A stretch of DNA of 64,000 bases from Camelus ferus (Eukaryota). The translations under genes and the position numbers were made by a program. Each line of letters opens with the position of its first letter. The stretch's first letter is position 1. Shown piece after piece: positions 62,901 through 64,000 of this stretch. The notes beneath the pieces were generated by a model. That model saw only the letters and a list, made by a program, of their open reading frames with translations. It was not told the DNA's origin and ran no database searches. The DNA is taken from the NCBI RefSeq assembly GCF_009834535.1, contig NC_045711.1:25358001-25422000 (forward strand). The letters are read 5' to 3'.

Positions 62901-64000
62901 CAGTCTCCTTTCTCTGAGCCTGGAACCTCATCCTTTCTCTTCCTCAGACCTGAGCACGCCTGTGAGTCACTGGATGGGCTTTCTAACTCTAATTGTTTTT
63001 GTCTTTTAGCTGCTGGGATGTCCGCAGAGCAGGTAAGAGCGTCCCCGAGCTCAGACCAGAGACATCAGCCAGCTCCTTTCCCTCCTTCCTCATTTTCCAT
63101 CTCCCAGGAACACAGAGATCCAAATGTATCCAACAAACCCTGTGCCAAAATGTCCATATACTCACAATCCAGCTGCACTGCCTGGGCAAGGGCCCTGGGA
63201 GGATGCTGGAATCAGCCAGAAGGGAGGAGGGCCGGGAGGGGGCAGGCGTGGGAGACAGAGGAGGTGGGGACTGTAGAGGAAGCTGAGAGATAGGGTCCTG
63301 GGGAGGCAGAGAGCCAGGTGCCCCTCCCTGGAAGAGAAACCTGTGCATCCTCTCCTAGGTGCTTCAGCCCCTGGAGAGCGACATCTGCTACGCAAACTTG
63401 AGCCTTCAGCAGACTGGAAACTCCTCTGTTTCCTCCCGGAAGAAGGCCTCCAGGAGCTCCTCCTCTTCTGCTCAGGCCAACCAAGTGGAAGTGGAGTATG
63501 TCACCATGGTATGTGCTTGGTGGGGCTGCTGTGGGGCTCAGACAAAACCTGCCATTGCCCCCTCCTTTGAAGATGGGCTTTCTCCGGCCCATGTGGGCAC
63601 AGAGGAGGAGGGTGGGCGCTGGGTGAAGCTGCAGCCATTGAAAGATCTGCCTACAGAGCTCCCGCTAGTTTTTGGCCTTTGAAAGTGCCTCCATAGCAGG
63701 TCTCAGCACTGGGAGACTCAGAGCCGGGTCAGACGCGGTCCTCGTGCTGATCAGGGGAGACCCAGACAGGCCAAGTGACCAGGGATTCCATGCACAATGC
63801 GCTGCCCCAGCACAGAACTGAGGGAGGGGGTCTTCTGCTGTGGCTGGAGCTCAGGGTACCTGGCAGAGTGGAGGGAGGGGACGCTGGAGGGCCTGGGAGT
63901 AGATTCCAAAAGCCCTGGATGGTCTATCTCCCCAGGCCCCTCCAAGGCCTCCTCCATCTGTGGCACAGCCTCCTGCCAGCCTCTCTAACCCCGAGGACAT
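47887..64000 (+). CDS. CD300LF: CMRF35-like molecule 1 (CD300f/CLM-1/IREM-1), inhibitory Ig receptor; 3'-truncated at the window end
   Basis: join(47887-47929,58533-58862,60305-60353,61118-61230,63010-63032,63359-63508,63969->64000). Signal peptide, four-Cys IgV, uncharged TM, ITIM ICYANL and YVTM motif. The uncharged TM, the ITIM and the position next to RAB37 indicate CD300LF rather than activating paralogues. Confidence 0.9.
48570..49417 (+). mobile_element. L2 LINE 3' portion
   Basis: ctttaaataccgtctctatacagatgactc...cagagtgaaaatccaaagtcctt...ctcctgcctcagggcctttgcacttgctgtt...ttagttgaatgagtgaatg. Confidence 0.8.
49505..50155 (+). mobile_element. L1MB-like LINE-1 3' end
   Basis: gggaatgtaaaatggtgcagc...ccactcctaggtatatatccaagagaa...ggaatactattcagccataaaaaggaatgaa...tgaattatatctcaataa. 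Confidence 0.85.
50330..50640 (-). mobile_element. L2 LINE fragment
   Basis: gagccatctgagctgagacctggaagacaagaagg...gaagagcaagcccaaaggctctgtggtggaaatgagcttggc. Confidence 0.6.
51645..52040 (-). mobile_element. MLT1-like MaLR LTR interrupted by an assembly gap
   Basis: agggttgctgg...aacttagtggcttaaaacaacacacattt...gggcagcatgcctcctggtgactctggggg. Confidence 0.7.
51867..52020. other. Assembly gap (154 N)
   Basis: Run of N. Confidence 1.
52942..53086 (-). mobile_element. tRNA-Ala-derived SINE (Vic-1-like) with target-site duplication
   Basis: Minus strand GGGGGAGGGTATA...AGTGGTAGAGTGCATGCTTAGCATGCACAAGGTCCTGGGTTTAATCC..., (TAAA)n tail. Flanked by cagtccttttt(tt)aaaa(a)tt at 52917-52933 and 53088-53107. 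Confidence 0.88.
55347..55490 (+). mobile_element. tRNA-Ala-derived SINE (Vic-1-like)
   Basis: GGAGGGTACAGCTCAGTGGTAGAGCACATGCCTAGTATGCACAAGGTCCTGGGTTCAATCCCCAGG with A and B boxes, followed by A18 and a TAAA tail. Confidence 0.88.
55670..56222 (-). mobile_element. L1M 3' end, antisense
   Basis: ggtataatttacatacagtaaaatg...cagcatgtttttgagattcatccatg...aatacctaggagtagaatt. Confidence 0.8.
56224..56665 (+). mobile_element. L1M 3' end, sense, spanning an assembly gap
   Basis: aagcaacccaaatg...atggaatagtattcagccataaaaaggaatgaa...[gap]...gctaatgggtacagggtttctttctgaggtgatgaaaatgttctagaatt...aattatatctcaa. Confidence 0.8.
56342..56493. other. Assembly gap (152 N)
   Basis: Run of N. Confidence 1.
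56670..57330 (+). mobile_element. Old L1 ORF2 fragment
   Basis: A-rich; gatagttttgtggacaaatttttaagatcctaaagaaac...ctattaatcctgataaag. Confidence 0.5.
57370..57660. mobile_element. MER102-like hAT element
   Basis: aaacccagattttgggctactgcagaaaaatgaaaagattcg...ctgcatgaggacaacggcctgag resembles MER102 as recalled. Confidence 0.4.
57785..57990 (+). mobile_element. L1 ORF2 fragment
   Basis: ggcataaggacagacaaatggatcaacggaacagaat...tttttgacaaaggaaccaaagcaattcgatggg. Confidence 0.75.
58533..58862 (+). CDS. CD300LF: CD300LF exon 2 (IgV domain)
   Basis: ttccag|SAAITGP...LTVQC...KWWCRG...SC...DADTYWCGIE...VTVDP G|GTAAG; 330 nt, phase 1/1. Confidence 0.96.
60305..60353 (+). CDS. CD300LF: CD300LF exon 3 (stalk; alternative in-frame starts at 60257, 60263, 60269)
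   Basis: cacag|(A)PVTTGDTRGHPSNGG AG|GTAAG. Confidence 0.8.
60478..60820 (-). mobile_element. MLT1-like MaLR LTR
   Basis: cttttataagaacaccagtcattggattaaggtccatcctaatccagtatgacctcatcttaacttg. Confidence 0.8.
61118..61230 (+). CDS. CD300LF: CD300LF exon 4 (transmembrane; CAGCAG tandem acceptor 61118/61121)
   Basis: SVFMNLSVLIPLIFAVLLFLLVVASLVAWRMMKRQKK G|GTGAAG. Confidence 0.92.
61635..61840 (+). repeat. CA/TG-rich alternating tract in CD300LF intron 4
   Basis: (AC)n followed by degenerate acatgcac/gtgtgcat units. Confidence 0.8.
62780..62925 (-). mobile_element. MIR SINE fragment
   Basis: cactttttagatggagaaatggaagctcagag...aggtgaagtgacc...gagtcagaattagaacc. Confidence 0.6.
63010..63032 (+). 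CDS. CD300LF: CD300LF exon 5 (23-nt micro-exon)
   Basis: ttttag|(A)AGMSAEQ|GTAAG. Confidence 0.9.
63359..63508 (+). CDS. CD300LF: CD300LF exon 6 (ITIM and YxxM)
   Basis: cctag|VLQPLESDICYANLSL...VEVEYVTM|GTATG. Confidence 0.94.
63969..64000 (+). CDS. CD300LF: Probable start of CD300LF last exon (truncated)
   Basis: cacag| in phase 0 gives PPASLSNPEDI..., similar to the recalled human ASLPKEDISY that precedes the second ITIM. Confidence 0.6.

Overview
Mammalian genomic DNA with spliceosomal introns and MIR/L2/L1/MLT/MER repeats. The gene order matches human 17q25.1 in reverse: TMEM104 5' end (-), NAT9 (+), NHERF1/SLC9A3R1 (-), RAB37 (-) and CD300LF (+, truncated at the window end). I reconstructed exons by hand from GT-AG boundaries and frame continuity: NAT9 206 aa, NHERF1 365 aa, RAB37 short isoform 223 aa, plus a second 111-nt RAB37 P-loop exon. 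Three tRNA-Ala-derived SINEs suggest a camelid genome (inference). There is no CRISPR array, rRNA or true tRNA gene, and most listed ORFs are spurious GC-rich or repeat ORFs. I found no convincing wholly new biological system. The best leads are: (1) a duplicated RAB37 exon that rewrites switch I, with CD300LF apparently nested antisense in the upstream intron; (2) decayed hAT/Charlie-like transposase segments at 43-46 kb that include an internal duplication; (3) loss of a proline-directed phosphosite in NHERF1; and (4) splice-tunable stalk and soluble forms of CD300LF. Comparisons with human or mouse proteins and repeat consensi are from memory, not from a search.
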